From positions 80,476,001-80,540,000 of the forward strand of contig CM060731.1 of assembly GCA_030704615.1 (NCBI GenBank): a stretch of 64,000 nt of DNA, given 5' to 3'. The stretch comes from Takakia lepidozioides. Taxonomy: Eukaryota > Plantae > Bryophyta. Under the pieces are notes generated by a model that did no database searches, had not been told where the DNA came from, and saw only the letters and a list, made by a program, of their open reading frames with translations. A program made the translations under genes and the position numbers. Position 1 is the stretch's first letter, and each line of letters begins with the position of its first letter. Shown here one piece after another: positions 1 to 13,849 of this stretch.

Positions 1-133
1 AATTCCAACCGATGGGATGAGAAATTACGATGTTGTAGGATGAATGCTATAGAAGAAAGGGTACGTGTACATGGGTCAAGACTCAAGACTCAAGATGTCG
101 GTGTAGGGAAAGGTCCGAGTGAAGGGGGTTCCT

Positions 134-385
134 AATTTGAGGGCCCCCAGCCATGACGTGAACTAGTCAACCACATGTCGTATGCACCATGTTCTACATG
201 GCCACATGAAGTTGGTATAGGGGAAAACCGGAGTAGAGGGCATTCCTGATTTGAGGGCCCCAAGCCATGCCGTGAACGTTCCAACCAGTCAACCACATGT
301 CGTGTGCACCATGTTTTGCATGGCCGGGTGAGTTTGGTGTAGGGGAGGCCGGAGTGGAGGGCGTTCCTGATTTGGGGCCCCAGCC
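134..385. repeat. Degenerate tandem duplication (~115-bp unit, about 2.3 copies)
   Basis: ATTTGAGGGCCCC(C/A)AGCCATG...AGTCAACCACATGTCGT..GCACCATGTT recurs at ~136 and ~249, with a partial third start at ~370. Confidence 0.6.
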
Positions 386-2810
386 CTACAGCGCTAGCCG
401 AAGGGGAAGGCCTGAAAACTAGGAGGGCCTTTACTGACGTATGTAAATCTTTGGAGTACTTGAGGATTTTTTCAACGCGCCAAAGATTTATGCTTGTTGG
501 CAAGAGTAAATACAGCGGACCTATGAATGTGGTAGTAGACAATAGTTCGGACTTGATATTAAAGGTTGTCGCAACATAAAGCACACACTACCATGTGTAA
601 TAACTTTGAAGTGGGGTACCTTAAAAAAAAAAAAAAAAAAGATGGAAGTCATGTGAAGCCTCAAAGTGAGCGTGAAGAATATGAACCGACTTTTAACAAC
701 AAGGGGCAAGCAAGAAGAGACGAGCAGTGCGCGAGAGGAGGGTCATCGCGGGGTTTTCTGACACAAGAGCTCTCATCCACAGCGTGCTTGACACGAATTC
801 ACATATACTGCAACACCAAAGTACCCAAAGTACACCGCTTGACCTGTGTCATGCCGCCGCTTTATACGAAACCCTAGCTGCTTGCTTGTATGCCGCGTGG
901 CGAGGCGCAATCAGCTGAGCCCGCGGGGCCTGTTTCTAGCCTTGGATCAAGCGGATGGCCCAGATGCTCCCACCATCCTAACTAACCCCTAGCCTAACCA
1001 TGAGTGTAACCGTTTAATGGTACACTAAGCCAAAAATTTATACGGATGAATGAGTATTGTCGCACGGATGAAATAGGAAAATTAGGGATGAGGAGAGTTT
1101 GGGCCATCACAGCCCTTTATATCATCATTAAAGAACGTGGAAAAATTAACCATGTTAGGAGGCCATGAAAGACGTGTACATCAAAAAACTCATGGGGTGA
1201 CACCCAGATACTGTCCACTGAGGGGATGCTTAAGTGCAAAGCCAGGGAGAGTCTGTCTTTATTATAGTAAGTGAGAATGGGGCTGTAAGTTCGAAACCAG
1301 ATGCAGAGGAAAAAGAGGCCGGCACCAAAAGAGCTCCTGGCATATGTATGGTTGACTAGATGATTAGTGAACTGAGTAGGCTGTCCTAAACAACAAACTG
1401 TGAAGGCACAATCATAGGTACTTGGGGAATGTATGGGGGCAGAGCCGAGTCTGAACTAGGAAGAGTCATTAATTGTATGCCATGGATTAAAGACCAGAAA
1501 AGCTACCAGCTAGACTGTGCAGAGAAACAACAGATATCAATCTTCTACCCCTTTCGACTAAGGGTTCAAAATCAGTGGGCTTTGATTCTTGAATCCATGT
1601 TCTTCCAATGATGCCAAGTTATCTCCTCATTGTGTTCCTTCCACTAGAGATGGCCATTGGCTAGGGGCCGGGGCTTGAGGGATCACTTGCCGGATGATGC
1701 CTTGGTGAGCCCATGCAGCATCAAAGGTCGAGGGGAGGGCTCGCCGTTTGGCTTCAGCACATATGCATACTGCCAACAAAAGCAATTTCCTCAATTTCCT
1801 TCCCTCGAGAATTAGATCAAAATATATTCGGGCAACATGTGGACTACCAACCGGTAGAAACTTGTAGGATAAAGCAGCCCTAGAAGGTGCTTCACTTGTT
1901 TGAGCATTTTGTCATGGAGGCGTTAATCCTAGTGGTGAAGGCGAGAACAAGGGGTTGTGTGGAAGTGTGGACCCCACACCAAGCATTTATGGAACATCAA
2001 TGAGACATGACTAGAATACAAACAAAATGAAGAATACCATACTCTGAGAGCATAGTATGTGTACATATAGACAACCAGCATGTAGTGTGGGCACATACCA
2101 CGTTGGATGTGGTTGTGGGTTCAAACCACGGTCTAGTGTGTCATGAAGGTGTCCACCTTTCAACTGGAAGGCAGTAGCCCTCCCTTGTGGTGAAGTGACA
2201 CCATAAGTTACGCTCCTTACAGGAGGCGTCATACTTTTGTGTACATAGACCATACAGACAAAGAGAAATTCTCTCGACCGTACGATCAATCAGCATCGAA
2301 GGGTACCTGCTCTGGATTCTAGGGTTTACGGGTAATCTCAGCCATACGTTCTCCTGAGAATCGCCAGTGGGGAACACCTGTTACGCTTTGGAACGGGCCC
2401 TGGTAGGCACCTGTTCCACCTGGCCGAATGCAGGCTCGCGGACTCGACCGCATTCCTATGTGGAACAGTAGGGCCCATTCCATAGTACAGAGCGGACTGT
2501 AAGCTGAGGTGGAAAATTTCTACTGCCTTTCATGCACAGTAAGTTAAGCCCCTTTGTTTCAGGGTTTCACCTGATCTCAACAACACACTCGGCTCCTACG
2601 TTGCCTCATTCCGGTGAAACCCCGGGCTTATCAAACACGTAAAAACCTCATTAGAAAATCCTAGTGTATTTTGTGGGGCTTTAAGAAGCATAATTCCCGT
2701 TTATCCTGTTATGCCGTTGAGCCCATGGGCTTGGGCCCGTAATCTCAGATTACGCATAAAAAGACCGGTAAATTCTGGACCTTGTAACCTTCTTTTCTCA
2801 ACATAACATG

Positions 2811-3108
2811 AACATAATGGTTTTGAAAATAGATATTACCTCAATAATTATTTTGACCTCCCTCAAAAACTATTGTTGAAGTAATTTTCCTTTAAAACAA
2901 AACATAATGGTTTTGAAAACAGATATTACCTCAACAATTATTTTTGACCTCCCTCAAAACTATTGTTGAGGTAATTTTCTTTTAAAACAAACATACTGGT
3001 TTTGAAAACAGATATTACCTCAACAATTGTTTTTGACCTTCCTTAAAAAACTACTCCCTCAAAAACTATTGTTGAGGTAATTTTATTTAAAAAAACATAA
3101 TGGTTGAT
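2811..3108. repeat. Tandem repeat, ~88-90-bp unit x3+, with an internal inverted repeat
   Basis: AACATAATGGTTTTGAAAAYAGATATTACCTCAAYAATT...ATTGTTGAGGTAATTTT starts at 2811, 2901 and ~2990. Confidence 0.85.
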
Positions 3109-3170
3109 AAGTAATAAAACAAAGATATGTTATAATATTTTTGCTCTATAGGAATAACAATTATCTAGGG

Positions 3171-3432
3171 TCGATTGTATGGAGCCCAGATTAACCCCTA
3201 ATGGACGAGGCGACCCGTTTCGGGTCGCGTCAGAATCATCCACGATGGCAAATCGTTGGATGACCTTGGATGAAAAACTTTCTGAATGAAAGTTGTGCGC
3301 CTCGATTGTATGGAGCCCAGATTAACCCCTAATGGACGAGGCGACCAGTTTCGGGTCGCGTCAGAATCATCCACGATGGCAAATCGTTGGATGACCTTGG
3401 ATGAAAAACTTTCTGAATGAAAGTTGTGCGCC
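3171..3432. repeat. Near-perfect 131-bp tandem duplication
   Basis: TCGATTGTATGGAGCCCAG...AAAGTTGTGCGCC starts at 3171 and 3302. Confidence 0.9.
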
Positions 3433-4520
3433 TTGATGTCATGCACCTGCCCGTCCTTATGGCACCCTAAAATATTAAAAGCCCTGCCGTCAGTAATTTT
3501 TTTAATGTGCATGACATTAATTGGTCGTCCAGCAGCTTTGACTTAGCGTGGCAGGCTGAAGGGGTGACAACAAGGCAAAAGTACAAATGGAAACAAATGC
3601 AAATCTCTGCCTGAATTTTTGTTAGAATTCTGAATTTCTTTTTGGAGGTAGTAGTTCATCATTCAAGGAACACTTTCACCGCAACAATTGTGATTCCAAG
3701 GAAATTTCGACCCCCTAAGCCTGAATTACATGTCATTTGAGCTTCATGGTGTGTTTTGACCCCCTTGTATTTCTCTACAAAGCAACCTTATCAAAATTTT
3801 GGAATTCTGCTTTGAAATTTTGGGGCAACATGCTTTAGGTGCCACATAATTGGAATCTGGATGGGGTCTTGTGAGGAAAAAATAATTTGTCGATCCAATT
3901 TCCTGGTCAAATAATTTTTCCACTCTAAATTTGGAGTGTACCCCAAATTTTGGGCTTGCAAATTTCTTATAATCTTCCAAACGACACGGTGGAATGAGCT
4001 ACCCGCCAGTTGGTAACGAAATTGTCGAAATTTTCACAGAAGCAGGTAGGGTTTAGGTGGATGAAGTAGGTAGCCTCCCATTCATACGGTTCATCCCTGT
4101 GGATGTTAGTTTCCCGAGAGATATACCCTCATCCGTGAGGGTATGTCCGGTTTTGGAGGGGGCCCACCAAAAACTGCCTCGTCCATTAGAGGTTAATGAC
4201 ATTGGCCTTTTTATGGTAGCCACTTTGTTGCAATATAAGGGCCCTTCCAGCCAGATTTATCTGAACATGTGTTGCCCTTGCAATGTCTTCTTGGTCATAT
4301 ATGGTCGCCATATTGCGACAGTATGGTGCGTAGCTGTAGCCACGTTTTATCCACGTGGAAAACAGCTGGTTCGCCACCTACGCACTCTACCCCACCAGTT
4401 TATAGCCACATGGCCGTTGTACATGAAATGAAAAAAATGGGCTGATGTGGAAAGATTTGCTAAGAATGTGGTTACAAAATATAAGCTAGTGTCAACCTGC
4501 GTTTCGTATTAGGTGAAGTC

Positions 4521-4999
4521 GGCTCAGAATTTTGTGTGGCCTCGTCGTTATGAGGCTGGTCAAACGACCGTCAGGCCGTCTCATTACTATAGGAGCAAAC
4601 TACCTTTCATGCGTCAAGGACTTAGAATTTTTTTGGCATATGAATTCTACAACTACCTCCATGCAGGTAGTTTTAGGATTTTCTACATGAAGGTAGTTGC
4701 AAAACCAAGCTGAACTACCTGCATGAGAGTAGTTGCATACCACCCATGGAGGTAGCTACAGTAAGCGCCATCCACCGGAACTACGTTCAAGGAGTGGAAC
4801 CCAAAACTTGCATTGCCACATTACCATTGACCTACCACCAGACCACAACCTCCGCCCGTGCTAGTAATCTGACGTTTTTTCAATATATAAGAGAAACAGG
4901 GGAATAGGTATCGTTTTAATGTAGCGGGGCCGCTATCAGGTCTTGTCCCCTCTGCACCCTGCGGCCTCATTACGACGAGGCCACACAAAATTCTGAGGC
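4521..4999. mobile_element. MITE with ~36-bp TIRs (Mutator- or hAT-like)
   Basis: Left GGCTCAGAATTTTGTGTGGCCTCGTCGTTATGAGGC is inverted at the right (GCCTCATTACGACGAGGCCACACAAAATTCTGAGGC). Flanking direct repeat GTGAAGTC at 4513-4520 and 5001-5008. Confidence 0.8.
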
Positions 5000-7277
5000 A
5001 GTGAAGTCCTGCAACGAGTGCTTTACGCGATTCAAGATTCCATAGCCCCCAAGGCGGTAGCCGGAGGGTGTGGGAATCTTGAATCGCGTAAAGCCCGAGT
5101 TAGAGGACTTTACCTCACGTAAAACTGAATGCATATCCAGAATATGCAAAATTACAAAGTTACGTTTAAGGGCTTCCATCCCCTTTCTTTTAAAAATGTT
5201 TTTAAGTGTAAATTTTCATAGAGCCAAGATTTCATAACATTATGAGTAACATAACAAAAAACCATTTAACATTTATCCAGGGTTGACTGTAGTCCACTTT
5301 GGATGGGACACATGGCAATAACGGATTTTTTTAAATTTTTTAATAAAAAGGGGACGGAGGCCCTTGTACTCAAATTAAATAAATATATTGCGTCTTGGGC
5401 CCAAAAGGCACTGAGTTGCAGATGCGAAAAATTCAATCTGAACCTGCAGAGACAACAGTGATGCCTCTTGCAATCTGAACATGCAAGGGGGAACTAATAC
5501 TAAGCTACTAGGTCCAAAACAGACTGTCTAGGCAGCATGCCCCAATGAAAATTGCCCAAATACCAAATGTCAACGTCGATATTTTCACTACACGTGGTAT
5601 TTTCCTTGAAGTCCCTCCCAATAAACAAGCGAACACTAAACGAACCTGGCGACGCACATGAACTCAAGGCACAACATAGTAGGCAATGAACTCAGAGTGA
5701 TTGCCACCGCGCAGTGGCGACGGCCACCCCCTCCAGCCCTAAAACGCTTGGTGAACGGACGGCCCAGGGCGGTTCACGTGGCGAGATCCCCCATGGCGAC
5801 CACGCCAACAGGCGCAGGCCATTGGATGGCGGATGCCAGGGGATCCTGTTCCTAGGCGCCAAGGGGTGGTTCCCTTGGTGCTTTATGGTGACACTCTGCC
5901 AGGGAACGTGCGCTTTCTGGCTTTTTTTTCGTTTTTTCCCCTGTTTTTTTTACAAGGGCGTGTCGCAGCCCACAAAGTTCGAGTGCTTTCTGGTTTTATT
6001 TCGCCTAAAAAATATGGGTTGTTCCACATGTCTTTCTTTTTCTCTTAGAAGAGTCTCTTTATCTTAGAAAGATCTGTATAGGAAAAGGATGCCAAGGCCG
6101 CAGACAGCCCTGGCCAGCAAAAGGAATTCCCAAGTTGCTATACGTAACTTAGGTACTGCATTGCAGCGTGGCCGCTCGGGCCGTAGCAGAGAGCTATATG
6201 TGGCGAGACGTCGAGCCAGCCTGCTTACAGCCCGTGGCGGTCGCGCTCCAATGCGCTGTGGGACGTAATGTCACTGACGACGGTAAAGTTGAGCAAGTCA
6301 CTGAGGTCATAAAGTGACCAGGTGAGTAGGTCCTTCGCATTCCAAAAGATTTATGTTTAATATCTGCTCCTCCCAGAGGAGAAGAGCCCGATTGACGAGG
6401 GAGGGACGTCCCACTAAAACGCGGGACAATACGCACCGGTGGAACCCCCTTGAAGGGGGGGGTGGGGGGAGGGCAATATGCAACGGTGGAATGCACCGTC
6501 AAATCTTCACGTGCTTTATGCAGGGCGCCCTTGGGCCTAATGCCCTTAAATCCAGGGACCCCTCCCCTCGAGGCCTTCCCCTATACCTATCACATCACAA
6601 AGGACACGAGATAAAAAACCTGCATAGCTTATAAAAAGACACAAGAAGGACACAAAATACGAGATGAAAAGAATGACACATGCTACAGGAAATAGCCGGC
6701 CTCCTCGTAGGCAATCAAAACGTGCCACGTCCTCGACATGCTCCTGTCAGTGCAATACAGGAAAGGAAATAATTGACTTTACGCCACACCTAAGCTTACA
6801 AGGTGCTTCACCTAGTTGAGCTTTTGCCACAAGGGACCTCGCCAGCCTGGCCAGGGCCCTTACGCAGCATAAGCATCCCTCGGTAATATTCTGTAGGGTT
6901 TGGACTCTGCCAAGGCGTTCCACGAGTTAACGGCAGGCTAGAACGCAGCCCCCAGAGTACAACTCTAGTGGGCACACGCCTTACCGCGCGTGAAGCAGAG
7001 GGTGAAAATTGGACACGTGTCCTTTTCCAATTAAGCGCCCTGCCAAGCTGTACAGGGCTCTTGTATTGTGTAGACTCGCGACAACCAAGTTGTAGCCGCG
7101 TGCTAATGGGCACATAATGATTTTCCAGCTTTTCTCCTTTGTTTTTTCAGTCAGAATTTTCGGATGCAGGGTCTCCCTGTAAGGCTGGGTCCTTGTAAGG
7201 CCGGGTCCTTTTCTTTTCCTTTCTTTATCTTTCTATTTCTTTACTTCTTGTCCTGGGGTTGAGTCTTTCTCTATCTA

Positions 7278-8007
7278 CCGTCCCTGGAAACCGTTTAGGC
7301 GATAATTAATTCACAATGAAAGTGCCTAATCAATTCTGTGAATTTTTCAGATTTTGGCCTAATTGTTGGGAAATTATTGGACCAAAGTGCCTAATGCCCA
7401 AAAATTCCACCAAAAAACTTGCAAGCCTCTTCTCATGTTGTTTTCAAAATTTCTTTGAACAAAAATCAATACAAATATATGCGTGCGGAAATAACTAGCC
7501 TACCAGCCTACCACAACTCAAGAGTACCATTATGTAAGAGGTTTGACCATGGACCGGCATACCAATATGAAAACCAGTGTACCCAATGACCAATGTATCA
7601 AAGCCCTGAACGAGCGTGCCTACCCAATGACCAATGTACCAAAGCCCTGTAGCAACGTGCCTACACTAGTGTGGACTAATATTGAACTCACCTAAAGTGT
7701 GAGAGCGAAGGGAGAGCTTGTCTCTACCTGCTTGAGACTTGGAGCACCGCGTGTAACAAAGAGGGGCATTTTTAGGGTTTCAAAGGAAATGAAAGGTAGC
7801 TGGAGCCTGGAAGGGCCCATGGGCATTGGGTGTCTATTTTGTAATTTTATTCTTAAGAAAATAAATGTTTTCTCTTCTCACGAGCCTAATTCTAAAACAT
7901 TATAGCATGAAGATGCCTAATTTGAGAAATTGTTTTCAAAACAAGCCTAATTTTCTGATTGATTGATTTTATTATTAGGCGCAAAAATGCCTAAACTCCG
8001 GGGACGG
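7278..8007. mobile_element. Tc1/mariner-type MITE
   Basis: TA|CCGTCCC..GTTTAGGC ... GCCTAAAC..GGGACGG|TA termini with a TA target duplication. AT-rich interior with repeated GCCTAA motifs. Confidence 0.65.
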
Positions 8008-9862
8008 TATCAGTTAAAGAAATAAGCTGAAAAGAAGAAAGTTGGAAGATCTTTACGCTGGGGAAGTCACTGTCCCTCAGTACTTCCGCCTTTTTCTGAT
8101 CTGCCTCAAAAGGCCTGGGCCAGTAACTTCTCCTATGCTTATCACACAATGTAACTTAGGGCCGCGGGTACCATTCACATGAGCTAATAAAACTACGAAC
8201 TACAAAGGGATTTTACGATTTTACCTGCTTTACGCTTTGGGAGCGCCATGAAAAGACAAAGGAAAAAAACCGCAATGATACTTTTGCGGTCGGGTCTCCA
8301 TTCCCTTCTCCTGGCGGCCAAATCAGCAACATGACAAAACAGATGTTTTCCAAGTTGATGTACCAGGGATGTGACTCCTGTCACTCGTGGGGTAAGGGGG
8401 AGTTAACCTGCGCTTAATGACACCGCACTGCACCGCACGTGTGACATCAACATTGCAACTGCAGTACAACTACAGTACCACTGCAGCTAACTGGGCTCAC
8501 TTAAGGCGACAGCTGTGACCTGCCCACCTCGTCCATGTGTTCTTTGTCGAGCTGAAAATACTGAATATATGAAGGTAAGACCATATATGATGTTGCAAAT
8601 GTTATTTGTGAAAAATAACAACCTTACTAAGTCAACATGGACCGTCTGGTCTCAACAGTCAACCGCCCTCTTCACCCAAAAAAAAGGTATTGTAAAAAGG
8701 GTGTGTGCACTTTCGATCAAACTCGGTCTTACCATCTCTATAAACGCCAAAAGAGGCGTGGGCCACATATGATAACACGCCAAAAAGCAAGAGGTTGGTA
8801 GGGAGAGTATTTTTGGATGAGGGGTGCCGTGTGTCCGAGGGAACAAAATGATTGAAGTGCTCGTCTTCCGATGTTGATGCCGTTTGTTGTGATCAAACGA
8901 TCACACCCACGCATAAACTGCGCGTTTCCAAGTGTCATGTCATCCCCTCTTTTTTTTTTCCAATTCTATTGCCTTCCAATTTCTTGATTGAGATAAAACT
9001 TTTTCTTAAAAAAACAACTTTAGATCTAAACGAAATTTTCGTCCTAAATTTTACATATTATATAGATTTTCTTAAATGTGAACAAAATTTAGACCTCTTA
9101 TTCTAGTAAGGATCTAAGTTTACAATAAGGAGTTTCTTGATAAATATGTGTGGAACGTGAATCACATTAAGTACCGAGAGAGATTGGACGAAAGCATGTA
9201 CACGTTCAAATTAAATCTGGACGGGCGGGGGTTGGCGAGGGCCCACTTGGTATTTCATTTTGTTCATAACTTGTTTATGTTTTTTAAATTATTACGTTAA
9301 GAATTAAAGGTTGGGGCTGCAGACGGCGGGCGACGGATGGAGAGGACGGCGACGGACGAAGAGGGACGGAAGGACAGGAGGACGGGATGGGTCCACGAAG
9401 GGGGCGGTGGGCAGGTGGCAGGTGGGACGTGGACTCCGGTGCGAGTGAAAATCGACGGTGAGGAATGGGGTCCGTCGCCGTCGATCGCAGGGCAACGCGA
9501 AGGGCGTGGCCCGCGCCGGGCTGCCACCTTGTGTGGAAAGGGCAGAAAGGCATCCCTTGTGACTGTAGGGCACTCTTTGTGGCGTGCAGTGTATGATCAG
9601 CACGCTGTGTGTCTTGTGTTAACTGTCGCTGATCAGAGCAGATCTGCATTGCCTCCACAACGGTATCTTTTTCAGCTTCTCTATCTGGGCTCTCTGTCCC
9701 TCGCATATGTTGTTCTTAGACAGTCTGTGTACCTTCAGATGAGCAGAGAGGCGAGGTGGAAGGAGGCGAGGGGGTTTTGAAGGTTCGGCAGCTCCCTCTC
9801 TCTGGTACAGGAAGAAGAAGAGTGGTGGTTGGCAGCGAGTAGCAATGCGGTGGAATTTGGGT

Positions 9863-12534
9863 ATGGCGATTTCCTTAGCCGTAGCTGGGATCGACGGAGT
9901 TGTGGCCGCTGCTGCCGAGGGGGAGGCGAAGTTTGGCTTCTTCAATGCGGCAACAATTTTACAGGTTATGTTTGTTGCAGTTGTAGTTGGTCTCATCATC
10001 ATGAAGGTGAAGGAGGCGAAGCTGAATCTACCGCCGGGCCCCATCGCGCTACCGATAGTTGGCAACTGGTTGCAGGTTGGTGTTGATTGGGCCCTGTAAC
10101 GACGGGAATGTTTTCTTGTGTGGGCGCTCTTATTGGAACCGTGTTTCTCTTGCCTCGTCTGGTTGCATAGATGGATTTGCTGATATGGGAATTGGTCGAG
10201 GGTGATTGGTTTTATACCAGTACGCAGATCTGCCCCGTATTCCGCATTTCCAAATGAGGATCGGGTTGAGAGCAAGTCTGTCAGACTTCTATATGCCTCC
10301 CCTCTAATGTTGTCATCACAACTTTGTGCAAGTCGTGGTCTCCAATGAGGACAAAAGATGTGTTCATTTTGTCCTTGCGGCCTTCGTAGTGGCGCCGGTT
10401 AGACGGACATCTGTCGGCCGACCCTTCAACTTTTGCTTTGTCTGCTGTCTGATGGAACTGATTCTACAGTAAGATGAGCCCAATTTTTTTTCGATGTCTT
10501 CTGGTCTCTGATGTACATTTTCCTCTGCAGGTTGGAGATGATCTGAACCATCGGAATCTTGCTGAGATGTCCAAAAAGTACGGTGATTTGTTCTTGCTGC
10601 GAATGGGGCAGAGGAACTTGGTGGTAATCTCCTCTCCAGAGCTTGCTAAAACTGTACTTCACACCCAAGGTGTCGAGTTTGGCTCCAGGACACGGAACGT
10701 AGTCTTCGACATCTTCACGGACAACGGCAACGACATGGTGTTCACAGTTTATGGTGAGCACTGGCGCAGAATGCGACGCATCATGACCGTCCCCTTCTTC
10801 ACCAACAAGGTTGTCCAAAGCTCAAGGTTCGGGTGGGAGAGTGAGATCGACTCTGTGATTAAGGATTTGAAGGCGCGTCCCGAAGCTTCAACGACCGGAG
10901 TTGTGATAAGGAAAAGGTTGCAGCTGATGATGTACAATATCATGTACCGCATGATGTTTGATTCGCGATTTGAATCTGAAGACGACCCCCTGTATGTGAG
11001 GCTGAAGGCATTGAATGGGGAGAGGAGTCGGCTTGCACAGAGTTTTGAGTACAACTATGGTGACTTCATCCCCATCTTGCGGCCATTCTTGAGGGGCTAC
11101 TTGAAAATCTGCAAGGAGGTCAAAGAACGGCGATTGGCACTGTTCAAGGAGCATTTCGTCGAGGAGCGCAAGTAAGTGGCTGTTTTTCTCTACATGCTAA
11201 TGTTGAGCGGTTCCTGTCTCTTGTAATGGTGGTGTCCTCCATGCTGCCAGCCAGGATGGAGGGAAGGTTATATAGCCTGAACGTTGTTGATCTCTTGCGA
11301 ATATCCCCGTCTAATCACTAACTAATATGAAATGGAATGGTATTGATTGGTGTAGCCTTGTAAACCTGTTGTAAAGAAGTAAGTATAACAGTTGACATAT
11401 GGGTCTTGCAGGAAGTTGATGAGGTTGCAGGGCAGCAGCGCAGAGAGTGACAGGTGTGCCATTGATCATATTCTCGATGCACAGAAAAGGGGGGAGATCA
11501 ATGAGGATAATGTGCTCCTCATTGTTGAAAATATCAATGTTGCAGGTTGGGTCTTAACTCCTGATGTCCTGTCATTTTTTTAAGCTAGCTGTGGCTTGTT
11601 GAGTAGAAGTAGCTTGCTTATGGCGTAAAAAGGCTGCTCTTTTGGAGGAGAGGGAGGTAGTAACTGTTTTAGGTCAAGCAATAAGAGACTCACTGTAAGC
11701 AGAAAGATGAGATCAAAGCTAGTGCATCAATGGAGGATGGTTGCAGGTAGCAAATTCTGTAATTCTACTGTTTCTTCATCACCTGCTAGTGTGTACTACA
11801 TGGCCCAGCATGTTGCTGAGTATAGTGATCAGTTACCCACTGCTAACTGCTAAGTCTGCTGCATGTGACTCCTACTCCAGGCCCTTCTTGCAGTTCTCTC
11901 TCATCCTCCCTAACACATGCCATGTGGGACTGACGCAGCAATCGAGACAACACTCTGGTCGATTGAGTGGGGAGTGGCTGAGCTTGCTAACAATCCTAAA
12001 ATGCAGAACCAAATTCGCCTTGAGCTTGATACTGCTCTGGGAAAGGGCATCTTGATTGAGGAACCTGATACAAATGACAACAAGCTGCCATACCTCTCTG
12101 CTTTTGTGAAGGAGATTATGCGGATGCACATGGCAATCCCACTTCTTGTGCCTCACATGAATCTGCATGCTGCAAAACTGGCAGGTTATGATATCCCTGC
12201 TGAGACGAAAGTCCTGGTCAATGCCTGGTGGATTGGAAACAATCCGAAATACTGGGATAAACCCGAGGAATTTATGCCAGAGCGCTTTCTGAACGAAAAG
12301 ATTGAAGCTAGTGGCAATGACTTCCGATTCCTGCCCTTTGGGGTAGGCCGGCGAGCCTGCCCTGGACTGATCATTGCCATGCCACTATTGTCCCTAGTGC
12401 TTGGTCGGCTGGTTCAAACGTTTGAGATTCTACCCCCACCTGGTGTTGATAAGCTGGATATGTCTGAAAAGGGGGGACAATTCAGTCTTCACATTGCAAA
12501 TCACTCTACAGTGGTGGTGAGGCCTAGGGCCTAA
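9863..12534 (+). CDS. C4H: Cinnamate 4-hydroxylase (cytochrome P450 CYP73A). Exons 9863-10075, 10531-11171, 11412-11545, 11939-12534 (alternative in-frame ATG at 9845)
   Basis: N-terminal TM anchor, LPPGP hinge, GNWLQ|[45 protein letters not shown]-helix ENINVA|AIETT, ExxR (EIMR), PERF and heme motif [11 protein letters not shown]. All three introns are GT..AG and splice in frame. Confidence 0.96.
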
Positions 12535-12599
12535 CCGATCACTGGCTGGGAGGAGATATTAATCGATAGTTCAGTCACAACCAACTTTTAGTTCGGGAG

Positions 12600-12999
12600 G
12601 AAGTGGTAGTGTATTGCAGAGATATCTCCCCAATAGAAAGAGTAAGGACCAAAAAATGTTTGTTATCAAAAACTGCTTCTCAATGGAATATGTGCACATG
12701 TGTAACATGGACAGATCTGTACATTTAGCCCTCAAAAGGCTTATACACCTCCAGCTACCTTTTCCTTTACAACTTGAACAATTCTGATTCTGCTTTGAAG
12801 TGGTAGTGGGTAGTGTATTACAGAGATATCTCACCAATAGAAAGAGTAAGGAAGAGTAAGGACCAAAAAATTGTTATCAACAACTGCTGCTCAATGGAAT
12901 GTCCACATGTGTAACATGGACAGATTTGTACATTTAGCCGCCAAAGGCTTATAAGGCTTACCTTTTCATTCACAACTTGAACATTTCTGATTCTGCTTT
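12600..12999. repeat. ~200-bp tandem duplication directly downstream of the C4H stop
   Basis: GAAGTGGTAG..GTATT.CAGAGATATCTC..CAATAGAAAGAGTAAGGA...ACAACTTGAACA.TTCTGATTCTGCTT occurs twice (starts ~12600 and ~12797). Confidence 0.85.
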
Positions 13000-13064
13000 A
13001 CTTCTATAGTGCTTTATGTTGGCCACCTTTGAGGACTCGGCCGCCACACTTTTCCCCTTGCCTC

Positions 13065-13849
13065 GGGTTCAGGGTTTAGCAACGCCCTATTCACCTGGAG
13101 CAAACAGCTAAAATATGTCTAGCTCCCATCCTGTGGGTACTTTACCGAAAGCTGGTTGATGCACTATGTGACAAAAGCAATGGCGATTTGTGCGGGTAAA
13201 ATCGCAGATCCATCGACGTGCTGTACCACTCCCCAAATCTGCTGGCTGGTGGGAGTGCTTGTGGCTAAAAGGGCCACTGTCCCAGTTGGACCCCCTTTTC
13301 GTAATGTCACGAAGGGGGGAGCATGCACAGGTAGTTCCATGTGCCCGCACAGCGACACAGTAATAGCCGGTCGTGCAGCTGCATGCAACCTCCGCCTCAA
13401 TGTGAGGCCTTGGTTGATCGATCCCGCTGTTTTCATTATGACGGGCCCTAGCAGGTCAAAAATACAGTTCGACCTCATTCAAGCTCCACGTCACATTCTG
13501 TCTGGTCTTCCGCGGAAGACCACCTGACCACACCTGATCGGCCGGTGAAAACAACAAAATGGATTTGGACGTGGGGGTGGCACATTGCAGGACCAATAAA
13601 TTGGTGGACGCATGTTAGCCAATGGGAGTTCCCATGCAAAGAAAAGTGATGAGGTGGTAAAAACAACAAAATGGAATCGGAGGTTGGGGTGGCACAAGGA
13701 ATGACCATCCAAATAGTCAATGAATTGGACTGTTGGTCAATCCAGTCTTGGATGAAATCAGCAAAGGGGAAAAGTGACACTAATGAGACACTAAAGAACC
13801 TGCAAAGTGACACTTTCCCGTGAATAGGGCGTTGCTAAACCCTGAACCC
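13065..13849. mobile_element. Non-autonomous TIR element with perfect 30-bp TIRs
   Basis: GGGTTCAGGGTTTAGCAACGCCCTATTCAC at 13065 and its exact reverse complement at 13820-13849. No clear TSD. Confidence 0.8.

Noticed and set aside
5585-5600. CACTACACGTGGTAT as the left end of the orphan CACTA
   Set aside because: Only a partial match, with no subterminal repeats and no matching TSD.
9619-10275. 218-aa minus-strand ORF and other ORFs overlapping C4H
   Set aside because: They are antisense to GC-rich C4H exons and have no motifs.
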